Of a stretch of 64,000 nucleotides of DNA, positions 1 through 10,391 are shown one piece after another (the first letter of the stretch is position 1; every line of letters begins with the position of its first letter). The position numbers and the translations under genes were made by a program. Origin of the DNA: a virus (Duplodnaviria > Caudoviricetes); the IMG/VR virus record IMGVR_UViG_3300011977_000415, positions 41,365-105,364 of that record, one strand, 5' to 3'. A model generated the notes under the pieces. The model had not been told where the DNA came from. It saw nothing but the letters and a program-made list of their open reading frames with translations, and made no database searches.

Positions 1-632
1 TCAGTTGACCTTATGGGAAAATTTCTTTGGACAGTAGTGTTTCCTATGTTTTTTTCTGTATCAAAACCGTAGTCGGACAAGATATCTCGGTATAAGTATT
101 CATTTGGGGCATCTTGATTGGTATAGTTATAATAACACTTGCTTCTTGCAACAATTCCATATGTCTTGTGCCAAGCTAAATCGGCGAACCCTAAATATAC
201 AGGAAAAGTCAGATGTTGAACATTATAATCTACCATATTGGCAAGATTCAATTAACTTACTTTATTTAATGCAGTTATCAAGTTAGCTTCGCGAAGATAG
301 AAAAGATTGAATAGTTGGATTACGCCTTCAAGCAGTTCACCTTTGGCGGCATAGTATTCCGAGAACAACCTACCGATGCATTCCATAGTAGGATCAGAGG
401 AAAACTCATACCAATCTGCTCTAAGCTCACCATCATCAAAAACACTAAGTTGCTTCAATTCTTCAGGAGAATTTATTGCTGCATGATCGGGACGCTTAAA
501 GTTTGCGGCACCAGGGTTCTTCATGACAACAGATCCTTTAACTTCCCACGAATTACCGAATTTCAAAATAGTCCTCCATCTAATGCCATCACTCGTTCAA
601 CCTAACTTTGTATAATGTGTAAAAACTTTCAT
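1..632 (-). pseudogene. Degraded hypothetical gene with two in-frame stops; runs off the window edge
   Basis: ATG at 632 abuts the RhuM stop. One frame reads MKVFTHYTKLG*TSDGIRWRTILKFGNSWEVKGSVVMKNPG...LNKVS*LNLANMVDY... and stays open to position 1. ORF 252..566 is the middle piece. Confidence 0.5.
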
Positions 633-1619
633 TTATCTGTTCTCCTTATTTATTAAGTTTACTACAACTTTTACCATTACGTCTTTCTCCTCAGTGCGAC
701 TTTCTGCAATCATTAATGTCAAAGCCACAAGTGTGTTGTCGGCAATTCGCTTATGCCCATCTTGTCCATAAAGAATGCCGTTCTTTTCCATAAACCACAA
801 GAACAACATGGCAGCAATACGCTTGTTGCCATCACTGAACGAATGGTTTTTCACAACGAGATAAAGTAGCATGGCTGCTTTTTCTTCTATTGATGGGTAA
901 AGCTCTTCTCCGCCAAATGTTTGGTAAATCTGTCCAATACTACTCTTGAAAGAGTCATCTTTCTCATTTGCAAACCATTTGCTGGCACCAAATTTTTCCT
1001 TCAAAGCTTCGATTGCTTCCATTGCATTGCCATATGTCGCACGAAAAGGCTCTCCTTTTGTCGTTTGCTCTATGTTGAGCGACTGAAAATCATATTTGTC
1101 AAGAGTGTCAAGTGCATAAACATAATCGCTTATAACATTAAAGAGGCCTTCATACTCTCCATTTGTTACGCTCTGCTGCAGAATGATTGCTCGCGACATG
1201 AGTTGAACAACATTTTTCAAATCTTCATAGTGGTCAAGACGCCTCTGGTTGACAACATAACCTTTGATCAGGTATTGTTTTAGAATTGATGTTGCCCATT
1301 TTCTAAAAGATGTAGCATTTTTGCTATTCACTCGATAACCTACCGATATAACCATGTCAAGGTTATAGAATGGTATATCGCGAACTATCTTTCTGCTACC
1401 CTCAAAACGAACCTGTGCATTTTTTGCACAGGTTGAGATCTCATCCAACTCCTCTACCTTATATATGTTTCTGATATGACGAACAATAGACGTTCTGTCT
1501 ACTCCAAACAACTCAGCCATTTGGTTTTGAGTCAGCCATACAGTATCTTTTTCAAGCTTTACATTCAGTTCGACCTTTCCGTCTGCAGAACGATATATCT
1601 CTATTTTGTTTTCTTCCAT
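633..1619 (-). CDS. RhuM-family virulence protein fused to a Fic/Doc domain
   Basis: N-terminal TVWLTQNQMAELF...YNLDMVISVGYRVNS..ATSFRKWAT (RhuM) and C-terminal HSFSDGNKRIA Fic motif. Start moved to MEENKIEIY (1619) because the upstream bases belong to a WYL remnant. Confidence 0.85.
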   Translation of the reverse strand: MEENKIEIYRSADGKVELNVKLEKDTVWLTQNQMAELFGVDRTSIVRHIRNIYKVEELDEISTCAKNAQVRFEGSRKIVRDIPFYNLDMVISVGYRVNSKNATSFRKWATSILKQYLIKGYVVNQRRLDHYEDLKNVVQLMSRAIILQQSVTNGEYEGLFNVISDYVYALDTLDKYDFQSLNIEQTTKGEPFRATYGNAMEAIEALKEKFGASKWFANEKDDSFKSSIGQIYQTFGGEELYPSIEEKAAMLLYLVVKNHSFSDGNKRIAAMLFLWFMEKNGILYGQDGHKRIADNTLVALTLMIAESRTEEKDVMVKVVVNLINKENR

Positions 1620-1630
1620 ATCAATAGTTG

Positions 1631-1771
1631 TCAGTCTTGTTTGTATAACTCCCATAGGCTTTTTGCCCATTCTTTCATTGTTTGTCGCAATGATTTTGGT
1701 TCCATCACTTCTATCATATTTCCTGCATGAAGTAACTCCATGACAAAATCATAAGTTGGACGAAGCCTCAA
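1631..1771 (-). pseudogene. C-terminal remnant of a WYL/WCX-domain regulator
   Basis: Start-less frame LRLRPTYDFVMELLHAGNMIEVMEPKSLRQTMKEWAKSLWELYKQD*, resembling the WCX tail of Bacteroidetes WYL proteins. Confidence 0.6.
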
Positions 1772-2539
1772 TTATCCCTCATATTCTTCCATTTCTTTTG
1801 GAATGGTCATGTTATATTTACGATTAAATGTACCATTGGTAGCAGCTTGGATTTTCCCAGTCCCGACATCTATCTTTTCGGGATGCAGTTCTTCGAACCA
1901 AAAATGACCTGCCTTTTCAGCCATATACAGAAACATCCTCTTTACTCTGTTGTTGTCCAAAGTTTCCAACAAGTGCTGTACAACATCAGAACGTATGGTG
2001 GTCAGTTGCTCCATAACATAGTACAGATCCATGTAACTGTATGACTTTGGAGCCAAGATTAGACACTCCAAGAACGCTTGTTCTGGAGAAGAAACATATA
2101 ACGTGCCACTGTCCGTAACTCTTTCTATTGTCTCTGTATACGAGAAGGCATTTGTGTGAAACACCCGGAAGGTAGCGTCATAGACATCACTTTGCATCCA
2201 TAATGGTGTCTTGAACGTTGGTGCTGCCACCATCAGAACAGGCTTTCCCATTGGTACATAATGGTTGAACCCCGTATATTCCAAGGCAGACATTGCAGCC
2301 ACTCTGAGGGTGCCACCCATCTGTTTGTTATATGACGCTATGGCATCATAAGCGTTCAAACGGGCACCAGTGCGACACATCACACCTTTGCATATAGCTG
2401 TCAGCCATCCAGAGTCTCTGTATTTCTTTTGCAGTTGGACTGAATAGCCTTTCTTCTTTAGCCAGTCAGCAAACAACAGTCCTGTCGGTGCGGTATTGGC
2501 AAGCAGTTGGTTTATTTTTGTTCCGTATAATATATCCAT
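1772..2539 (-). CDS. Type IV toxin-antitoxin AbiEi-family antitoxin (orphan)
   Basis: TKINQLL..WLKKKGYSVQLQKKYRDSGWL N-terminus; SSPEQAFLECL and RVKRMFLYMAEKAGHFW motifs of the AbiEi_3 type. Confidence 0.8.
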   Translation of the reverse strand: MDILYGTKINQLLANTAPTGLLFADWLKKKGYSVQLQKKYRDSGWLTAICKGVMCRTGARLNAYDAIASYNKQMGGTLRVAAMSALEYTGFNHYVPMGKPVLMVAAPTFKTPLWMQSDVYDATFRVFHTNAFSYTETIERVTDSGTLYVSSPEQAFLECLILAPKSYSYMDLYYVMEQLTTIRSDVVQHLLETLDNNRVKRMFLYMAEKAGHFWFEELHPEKIDVGTGKIQAATNGTFNRKYNMTIPKEMEEYEG

Positions 2540-2875
2540 AGTTTATTGCAAAGCTAAATATCTAACTGCAAAGATAGATGTTTTTATCCTTCCTTGCAAG
2601 AAATGAGCTAGAAAAATCGCCTTGAAATAAACCAAAAGTGTATTTTGACGCATAATTACCAACCAAAGAACTTTCCTCCATCATCATAAGTTTTCTCCCA
2701 ATCGGATTTGCCCCACAACGTTCGTTTTATGGCTCAAAAATTCGTGTGTGCTATCCGTGTACAACATAATAAAAGATAAAGGTAAAGGCTTCCCTAACTG
2801 GTTGTAATCAATATTCCACAATGTTTATCGGGTAAGCCTATATTTGGGCTCATTTAAGAAAATAGACCATTAAAT

Positions 2876-3130
2876 AGGGCCTGCTGAATTATTATCTGAT
2901 CACAGACAGAGGGTAGCAGACGTAGTCCCTCATAGTGACGATAATGATGAAAAATCTCCATATTTCGGTCAGGACAAGACAAAGTTCCCTCAGGAACTTC
3001 ATCACATTTTTGACGAAGTAGCACATTCCAGTCCAGCATCGTGCTGTATCTGGAAGCTTGGCTCTTATGTCATTGGCTCGATAGATTCTCTTGCCGGTAC
3101 CGAATGAGCATTCGATTTCGTTGCACGCCA
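2876..3130 (-). mobile_element. IS5-family transposase C-terminal remnant with one probable terminal inverted repeat
   Basis: NEIECSFGTGKRIYRANDIRAKLPDTARCWTGMCYFVKN resembles the DDE C-terminus of Bacteroidales IS5-like transposases; AGGGCCTGCTGAA end at 2876-2888. Confidence 0.6.
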
Positions 3131-3576
3131 ACATCGCAGACACCTTTATCATGATCATGATTTTTGATTAGTAATAACAAGCCTTAATAATTACTTGACT
3201 AATTCAAAATTTCATGTACCTTTGCAAGAAAGGACATTATCGGAATAAACGAGCCCGTCTTTAGACGTCCCAACGTTGGTATCCGACAATGTCTTTTCTT
3301 CGTTCACGGCTTGATTATAGTAAAACATTTCGTCATTATAATGTTGGATAAGCACATTTGATGATTACTGAGTCGAGCCATTATCTTTGGCACAACTTTA
3401 TTCGTAGATATAATCTTTATCTGGATAAAGTGACTACGGTTTCTGTTGACTTTGAGAAAATCTCCATATGGTTTGATAGCAGAAACTCGTAAAAACATGG
3501 TTTTAGAGAAAAACCTAAGATATTTGGCAGGAAATGAAAATTTCTCATTATCTTTGTAGCATAAAAACACAATTGT

Positions 3577-3801
3577 ATGGAAGATGTAAACAGAATTAAA
3601 TTGGTTCTCGTAGAGAAAAAACGTACCAGCAAATGGCTGGCAGAGCAGCTCGGTGTTAACCCCTCGACTGTCAGCAAGTGGTGTACGAACTCTTCCCAAC
3701 CAGACCTTGCGTGTATATTAAAGATTGCAGATCTACTGGAAGTTGACTTAAAAGAACTCTTTGTGAGAGAGTACAAACAATATCTCCTTTCTCAGAAGTA
3801 A
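3577..3801 (+). CDS. XRE-family HTH transcriptional regulator
   Basis: NRIKLVLVEKKRTSKWLAEQLGVNPSTVSKWCTNSSQPDL. Confidence 0.9.
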   Translation: MEDVNRIKLVLVEKKRTSKWLAEQLGVNPSTVSKWCTNSSQPDLACILKIADLLEVDLKELFVREYKQYLLSQK

Positions 3802-3969
3802 AATATACTTCGGTAGAACTATCGTAGCAAAGGACAAATAAGGGCGTACACGTAGATGTAGGACAGGCCTTCGACATCCTTTTAGGAGAGGCTAAACCAA
3901 AGGCAAAAAGAGACCAATAACACCCAAGAAGAGAGTAAGATAAAAGTAAAACAATAAAAAAGTGAAGAT

Positions 3970-6900
3970 ATGATAGCATTCATTGATACGGAGGTGAATC
4001 CGCAGACGAAGAAGGTGGCGGATTACGGGGCAGTGAGGGAGGATGGTGCGGTGTTGCACTCTCACTCCAAGGCTGACTTCGATGCCTTTGTGTCAAGATG
4101 CGATACAATATGTGGACACAATATCATCAATCATGACCTGAAATATACCGCGTTAAGGGGAAATCCGACGATTGTGGATACGCTATTCCTGTCGCCGTTG
4201 CTGTTCCCTAAGCGACCTTATCACCACTTGGTAAAGGACGATAAGTTGCAGGTGGATGAACTGAACAATCCCGTGAATGATGCGATAAAGGCTCGTAACT
4301 TGCTGAATGACGAAGTGGCGGCTTGGAATCAGTTATCACCCTATAGACAGAAAATCTACTATTACCTGTTGAATGAAACTAAAGAGTTCGGAGGTTTCTT
4401 TAAGCATATCGGATATTCGCCAAATGTAAGTTGGATATCATCAATATTTGCATCTAAACCGGATTGGATACAATTAATTCTGAAGGAATACGATGGGAAG
4501 ATATGCAACCATGCAGACTTCTACACCTTGGTCAAGCAGTATCCCATAGAGTTGGCCTATTGTTTGGCTGTGATTGGCGCTGACGACATCTTTTCGATAA
4601 CTCCAGCATGGGTGATACGCAACTATCCACAGGTGGTGAATGTGATGAACATACTGTGCAATACGTCTTGCGGAGATTGTGAGTATTGTCATCAACGGTT
4701 GAATGCGCACTACGGACTGAAAGAGTTCTTTGGTTATGGTGAGTTTCGTATTTTTGATGGCGTTCCTATGCAGCAACAAGCTGTGGAGGCGGCCATCCGT
4801 GGCGAGTCGTTACTGACGATTTTCCCAACGGGAGGCGGCAAGTCGCTGACTTTCCAGTTACCCGCTTTGATGGCTGGAAGGAATACACATGGGTTGACCG
4901 TAGTTATTTCACCATTACAGTCGCTGATGAAAGACCAAGTGGACAACCTCGCGGAACGTGGTATTAGCGACGCGGTGACCATCAACGGATTGTTAGACCC
5001 TATCGAACGGGCAACTGCTATCGAACAGGTGGCTGACGGAACAGCCAATCTGCTCTATATTGCTCCAGAAATGTTGCGTAGCAAGACCATTGAGCGTCTG
5101 TTGATGGGACGCCATGTTGTTCGCTTTGTGATAGATGAGGCCCACTGCTTCTCTGCATGGGGGCACGATTTCCGTGTGGACTACTTGTATATCGGTGATT
5201 TCATTCGCCAGTTGCAAGAAAAAAAACAATTGAAACGGCCTATTGCGGTATCGTGTTTTACAGCAACAGCCAAACAAAAGGTTATTAGCGACATTTGTGA
5301 CTACTTCAGGGCAAAGTTGGGCTTGGAACTGAAAGTGTTTGCCGCTAATGCTGAGCGTAAAAACCTGCGCTATTCTGTGCTTCACGCTGATACGGCTGAT
5401 GAGAAATATAACCTATTGCGCTCATTGATTCTTGATCATAACTGCCCCTCGATAGTGTATGTTTCTCGTACTCGACGAACCCGTGAATTGGCACAGCATT
5501 TGGTCAACGACGGCATACGTGCCTTGCCTTTCAACGGAAAGATGGAGGCTGCGGAGAAGATTAAGAACCAGAATGCTTTTATGAGTGGCGATGCACAGGT
5601 GATTATAGCCACGTCTGCCTTTGGAATGGGGGTTGACAAGAAAGACGTAGGGTTGGTGGTTCACTATAACATCAGCGACTCTTTGGAAAATTATGTGCAG
5701 GAAGCTGGACGTGCTGGACGAGACCCGCAGATGCAGGCTGAATGCTTTGTATTGTATGCAGACAGCGACCTCGACAAGCACTTTATTCTCCTTAACCAAA
5801 CCAAACTTAGTATCAGCGAGATTCAGCAGGTTTGGAAAGCCATCAAGGATCTTACAGCAAAGCGAGATAAGGTAAGTTGTTCGCCATTGGACATTGCACG
5901 CCAGGCTGGATGGGGAGACGAAATAGATGACATAGAAACCCGAGTGAAAGCTGCCATTGCGGCCCTTGAAGATGCTGGATTCATACAACGTGGCAGTAAT
6001 TCACCGCATGTGTTTGCTACGGGCATTGCTGTGAAGAATATGGATGAAGCCCGCCGCAAGCTAACCATCTCACCTCTCTTTGATGAGCAGTCACGCGAGG
6101 AAGCAGCTCGTATTATCAAGTCGTTAATAAGTGCTCGTGCAACAGCTGAAGGAAGAGGTGCTGAGGCTGAAAGTCGGGTTGACTATCTGGCAGACATCCT
6201 TGGTATGAACAAGGCGACTGTCATTCGCAATATCAATCTGATGCGGCAGAATGGTATTCTAGCTGACAGCCGCGATATGCAGGCATGGATTACCAAGAGT
6301 ACGACGGTGAGGAACCTTGATACCATACTACGATTGGAGCAGTTTATGTTACAACAATTTTCAGAAGAATCACGTCGGTTTAACTACAAGGAATTAAATG
6401 AGGAGGCTCAGAAGGCCGGAATGACTTACTCCAATGTCAAACGACTGAGGATGTTACTGCACTTCATGACGCTGAAAGGGTACATTTACAAACAGGAGCA
6501 CAGCATTACTGGTTATGTCAACATAAGACTTCAGTCATCAATGGAGGTAAAAAAAGCTCGATTTGAACGACGGATGGATATTTGCAGGTTTGTCGTGGAT
6601 CGTTTGAGTACACAAAAAGACAGCAACAAGGATATGATACTTATCAACTTTTCTGTTATAGAACTACTCCAGCAGTTCATTGCCAGTCGCCGGGAAACGA
6701 TGTTTTCGGACAATGATAAGCCCACAATTGCAGACATCGAAGAAGCACTGCTATATCTTACCAAAACGGAACTGATGAAGATTGAAGGCGGATTTATCGT
6801 TCTCTATAATACCATGCAAATTGGACGTCTCGTAGCAACACGTACCAGATATGGCAAAGAGCAGTATCGTTTGTTGGATGAATTCTATAAACAACGCATT

Positions 6901-8703
6901 CGCCAGATTCATATCGTAGGCGAATATGCCAATCTGATGGTTCGTGACTACAATGCAGCGTTGCGTTTCGTCAACGACTACTTTACAATGGACTTCCGCA
7001 AGTTCATCAAACAGTATTTCAAAGAAGAACGCAGGGCGCAGATTGACCAGAACATCACTCCAGCCAAATACAACAAACTCTTTGGCGAACTCTCTAACCG
7101 CCAATGCGAGATTATCGACGACAAGGAGTCGAAATATATCGTTGTCGCAGCAGGTCCGGGAAGCGGAAAGACGCGGGTACTGGTGCACAAGTTGGCCTCG
7201 CTGTTGCTGCTGGAGGATGTGAAGCACGAGCAACTGTTGATGCTCACTTTCTCAAGAGCTGCGGCAACTGAATTCAAGAAACGACTCATAGAATTGGTGG
7301 GTAATGCCGCACATTATGTGGACATCAAGACCTTCCATTCCTATAGTTTCGACCTTGTTGGCAAGCAGGGCAGTCTGGATGAGGCGAAAGATGTGGTACG
7401 CCTTGCGGCAGAGATGATTGAAAATGGTGAGGTAGAAGCATCGAAGATTGCCAAGAGCGTGCTTGTCATTGACGAGGCGCAGGATATGGGACAGGATGAC
7501 TTCCGATTGGTGCAGGCTCTGATGCGCCAGAACGAGGAGATGCGAGTCGTTGCTGTGGGTGATGACGACCAGAACATCTATGGTTTCCGCGGTTCCGACT
7601 CACGATACATGTTGTCGCTCGTCGAGCAAGAAGGTACTCAGACTACGATTGGGCGAACACAGAGTGAGCAGGCTCGACCGAAGGTCAAGTTGTATGAGAT
7701 GACAGACAATTATCGTTCTGCAAAAGCGGTAGTTGATTGTGCCAACCGCTATGTACTACGGATACCTGGCCGTTTGAAGCATACTTCCATACAATCAGCG
7801 ACAGGGGAAGATGGCAAGGTGATGACTTTGAAGTCACTTTTAGATGCAGAAATAAAGGTAGAGGGAAGTACCGCGATACTAACCCGTACCAACGAGGAAA
7901 CAATGCAGGTTGCCTACGAGTTGGGGCAGCGAGGATTGCATGCCACAATTGCGCAGTCGTTGGGAGGTTTCCGTTTTGGAAATCTTGCAGAAGTGCGTTA
8001 CTTCCTTAAACAGTTTGGCGGGAAAGGTGATGTGACTCTTTCAAAGGAGAGGTGGCAAGAAGCCAAACAGCGTACACTGGAAACCTATGCGGCAAGTTCT
8101 TGTCTCAGTATTATGCGGCATTTCTTTTCAGACTTCGAGATAACGCACAAATTCTATTATCGTAGTGATTTGCGTGAATACATCTTTGAGTCGAATATTG
8201 AAGATTTCATTGCAGCTGATGATAAGTCTGTATTTGTGAGCACTATCCACAAAGCAAAGGGTCGTGAGTTTGATACTGTGTATCTCTTGTCGCCAATACC
8301 TGATGGGAGGGATATCAATGATATGCGGACTTATTACGTGGGGCTCACTCGTGCAAAACGAAACCTGTATCTTGTTACGAATCCTCCCAAGGAGTATTCA
8401 TCAATATCCATTGCATTGAATATGCATGATGTCTGGCTTGACTTCTTCAAGGAGCGCAAGAATGTTGTGCTTCGTCTCAGAAGCGGTGACAGTTTGCAAT
8501 ACAAGGATGGCTATTTATTAAATGAAGATGGCATCAATGTCGCGGCGCTCTCTGTCTCTGGCAAGGATAAATTGAAAGCCTGGACGGATAAAGGCTATGA
8601 GGTGACAAGTGCGAATGTGATTTATACGTTGGCTTGGAAGCCCCAAAACTATAATACGGAATATGCAGTTTGTTTGGCAAATGTGGTCTTATCTAAAAAA
8701 TAA
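3970..8703 (+). CDS. Large RecQ-family (SF2) helicase fused to an N-terminal DEDD exonuclease-like domain and a C-terminal UvrD-like (SF1) helicase
   Basis: FIDTE/GHNII/DTL (exonuclease); PTGGGKS, DEAHC, QEAGRAGRD (RecQ); AGPGSGKT, DEAQD, GDDDQNIYGFRG, STIHKAKGREFD, YVGLTRAK (UvrD). Confidence 0.9.
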   Translation: MIAFIDTEVNPQTKKVADYGAVREDGAVLHSHSKADFDAFVSRCDTICGHNIINHDLKYTALRGNPTIVDTLFLSPLLFPKRPYHHLVKDDKLQVDELNNPVNDAIKARNLLNDEVAAWNQLSPYRQKIYYYLLNETKEFGGFFKHIGYSPNVSWISSIFASKPDWIQLILKEYDGKICNHADFYTLVKQYPIELAYCLAVIGADDIFSITPAWVIRNYPQVVNVMNILCNTSCGDCEYCHQRLNAHYGLKEFFGYGEFRIFDGVPMQQQAVEAAIRGESLLTIFPTGGGKSLTFQLPALMAGRNTHGLTVVISPLQSLMKDQVDNLAERGISDAVTINGLLDPIERATAIEQVADGTANLLYIAPEMLRSKTIERLLMGRHVVRFVIDEAHCFSAWGHDFRVDYLYIGDFIRQLQEKKQLKRPIAVSCFTATAKQKVISDICDYFRAKLGLELKVFAANAERKNLRYSVLHADTADEKYNLLRSLILDHNCPSIVYVSRTRRTRELAQHLVNDGIRALPFNGKMEAAEKIKNQNAFMSGDAQVIIATSAFGMGVDKKDVGLVVHYNISDSLENYVQEAGRAGRDPQMQAECFVLYADSDLDKHFILLNQTKLSISEIQQVWKAIKDLTAKRDKVSCSPLDIARQAGWGDEIDDIETRVKAAIAALEDAGFIQRGSNSPHVFATGIAVKNMDEARRKLTISPLFDEQSREEAARIIKSLISARATAEGRGAEAESRVDYLADILGMNKATVIRNINLMRQNGILADSRDMQAWITKSTTVRNLDTILRLEQFMLQQFSEESRRFNYKELNEEAQKAGMTYSNVKRLRMLLHFMTLKGYIYKQEHSITGYVNIRLQSSMEVKKARFERRMDICRFVVDRLSTQKDSNKDMILINFSVIELLQQFIASRRETMFSDNDKPTIADIEEALLYLTKTELMKIEGGFIVLYNTMQIGRLVATRTRYGKEQYRLLDEFYKQRIRQIHIVGEYANLMVRDYNAALRFVNDYFTMDFRKFIKQYFKEERRAQIDQNITPAKYNKLFGELSNRQCEIIDDKESKYIVVAAGPGSGKTRVLVHKLASLLLLEDVKHEQLLMLTFSRAAATEFKKRLIELVGNAAHYVDIKTFHSYSFDLVGKQGSLDEAKDVVRLAAEMIENGEVEASKIAKSVLVIDEAQDMGQDDFRLVQALMRQNEEMRVVAVGDDDQNIYGFRGSDSRYMLSLVEQEGTQTTIGRTQSEQARPKVKLYEMTDNYRSAKAVVDCANRYVLRIPGRLKHTSIQSATGEDGKVMTLKSLLDAEIKVEGSTAILTRTNEETMQVAYELGQRGLHATIAQSLGGFRFGNLAEVRYFLKQFGGKGDVTLSKERWQEAKQRTLETYAASSCLSIMRHFFSDFEITHKFYYRSDLREYIFESNIEDFIAADDKSVFVSTIHKAKGREFDTVYLLSPIPDGRDINDMRTYYVGLTRAKRNLYLVTNPPKEYSSISIALNMHDVWLDFFKERKNVVLRLRSGDSLQYKDGYLLNEDGINVAALSVSGKDKLKAWTDKGYEVTSANVIYTLAWKPQNYNTEYAVCLANVVLSKK

Positions 8704-8936
8704 AAATTCCCCAGGAAGAAACACTTCTCATCTACTCTTCTTGGGATGGTTATTACAAGGATCCAGAGCAGGTGAAAGCCAACCCAAAGTACAAGGAGTT
8801 CCGTGAAATGTTCCACAATGTTGTGGACATCCACACATCTGGCCATGCAGACCGCCAGACAATCGAGAAAGTAATCAAAACAGTTAATCCAAAAGAAGTT
8901 ATCTGCATTCACAAGGAGGCAGATGCAAAAATATAA
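8703..8936 (+). pseudogene. C-terminal remnant of an MBL-fold/beta-CASP (RNase J-like) hydrolase
   Basis: Start-less frame KIPQEETLLIYSSWDGYY...DIHTSGHADRQTIEKVIKTVNPKEVICIHKE carries the RNA-metabolising MBL motif; in-frame stop at 8694. Confidence 0.65.
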
Positions 8937-8960
8937 GTAAGTGTACAGAATTAAATTGAT

Positions 8961-9773
8961 ATGGAAAGACAGTTGTTAAAAGACACGTGTGTTCGAGAAA
9001 ATGGAGGAAGTCGCTATGCCGAATTATTTTGCAGCCTCTCTAAACTACACGAGGATGAACTTGATGATGGGAGTGGTAATGCATTAGAAGAATTCAAGTA
9101 CATTGATTCCTCTACTGCATTGGGAGTCAACTTCTTTCTTCTGTATGAACAAATTCATCCTAAAGCCAATATAATTTTCGAGTGGGATAAAAGTTCTCCG
9201 TTGAAGGTCGGTGGCAAATCAAATATAGACATTAGAGTACAAGAAGACAAGATAATCACTTTTTACGAGTCAAAATTTCTTGAACCATATTATATGTGCA
9301 ATTCACGGTTCACAGAATCTTACTCCCTAAAAGAGAACTACTATGACCACTGGAAGTTTACTGACGAAGAACTGGTAAGTATATTAAGGGATTTTCAGTC
9401 TTTCACTTATTATAATGCATCACAGTTATTCCGTCATCTGCTTGCAATAGTAAATCATATTGTACATAATAAGGATCTTTATAAGGACATTACATCAGTT
9501 GTCCTAAATAGCATCTCATGGAAAATGGAAGATGAATACCTTAACCTGCTTAATCTGTCACGCAGGTCAAGAAGTTATGCAATCAAACGGATGAACATCC
9601 TTAAACAAGAAGAAACGGATGTTAAAGATATGATTCAAAGATTTATAGATCATTATGTCACAGATATTATTCCAAAGGATATAACATTGTCATTTGAGAC
9701 AAGCACGTACAATAACAATGTTAGTTTGATTAATAACCATAAAGAGTTCAAAAACCGTTATTTCATACGATGA
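8961..9773 (+). CDS. Putative PD-(D/E)XK restriction-endonuclease-like protein (PGN_0703-like)
   Basis: SSTALGVNFF, SNIDIRV...FYESKFLEPY, YNASQLFRHLLA; AT-rich. Confidence 0.6.
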   Translation: MERQLLKDTCVRENGGSRYAELFCSLSKLHEDELDDGSGNALEEFKYIDSSTALGVNFFLLYEQIHPKANIIFEWDKSSPLKVGGKSNIDIRVQEDKIITFYESKFLEPYYMCNSRFTESYSLKENYYDHWKFTDEELVSILRDFQSFTYYNASQLFRHLLAIVNHIVHNKDLYKDITSVVLNSISWKMEDEYLNLLNLSRRSRSYAIKRMNILKQEETDVKDMIQRFIDHYVTDIIPKDITLSFETSTYNNNVSLINNHKEFKNRYFIR

Positions 9774-10339
9774 AAATTCTTCAAATCTCAGACACCCACA
9801 ACAGACATAATGAACTGACCAATCTTCCAGAAGCTGATGTTATCATCCATTGTGGCGACTTCACAGAACAAGGCACAGAGGAAGAGGTTCTTGACTTCTT
9901 GAATTGGTTTATAGAATTGCCTTACAAGCACAAGATATTCATCACCGGAAATCATGATTTGTGTCTATGGGACGCAGAAGGTATCGAAGACCTTCCTGAA
10001 AACGTTCACTTCCTCCAGGATCGAGGATGTGAAATAGAGGGGATTCAATTCTTCGGACTTGCATACAATCACCCAGAAAGGCACATTCCCAATGAAGAAA
10101 TAGATGTCCTTGTGACCCATGAACCGCCCGTAATGATCCTTGATGAATCATCGGGAACCCATTGGGGCAATGCACCTCTAAGGAACAGAGTGTTTGAGAT
10201 TAAGCCCAAGTATCACTTGTTTGGTCATGCACACGATGCTTTTGGCACAGAAAAGCAAGAAGGAATTGTCTTTTCGAATGCTGCCATGCTCGATGACAAT
10301 TATAAATCTCGACGAAAAGGCAAACTTTTTATTTTATAA
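9770..10339 (+). CDS. Calcineurin-like metallophosphoesterase
   Basis: DTH, GDFT, GNHD, THEPP and GHAH motifs. Confidence 0.9.
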   Translation: MKILQISDTHNRHNELTNLPEADVIIHCGDFTEQGTEEEVLDFLNWFIELPYKHKIFITGNHDLCLWDAEGIEDLPENVHFLQDRGCEIEGIQFFGLAYNHPERHIPNEEIDVLVTHEPPVMILDESSGTHWGNAPLRNRVFEIKPKYHLFGHAHDAFGTEKQEGIVFSNAAMLDDNYKSRRKGKLFIL

Positions 10340-10343
10340 CGAA

Positions 10344-10385
10344 GAAGCAGACATCTGGTAATACAATCAGCCAAATGTCTGCTTC
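10344..10385. terminator. Probable bidirectional terminator between convergent genes
   Basis: GAAGCAGACAT ... ATGTCTGCTTC inverted repeat. Confidence 0.6.
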
Positions 10386-10391
10386 CTTGCT

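Noticed and set aside
1-632. Stop-codon reassignment explaining the in-frame stops
   Set aside because: The two stops differ (TGA and TAA), and all neighbouring and phage genes are intact under code 11
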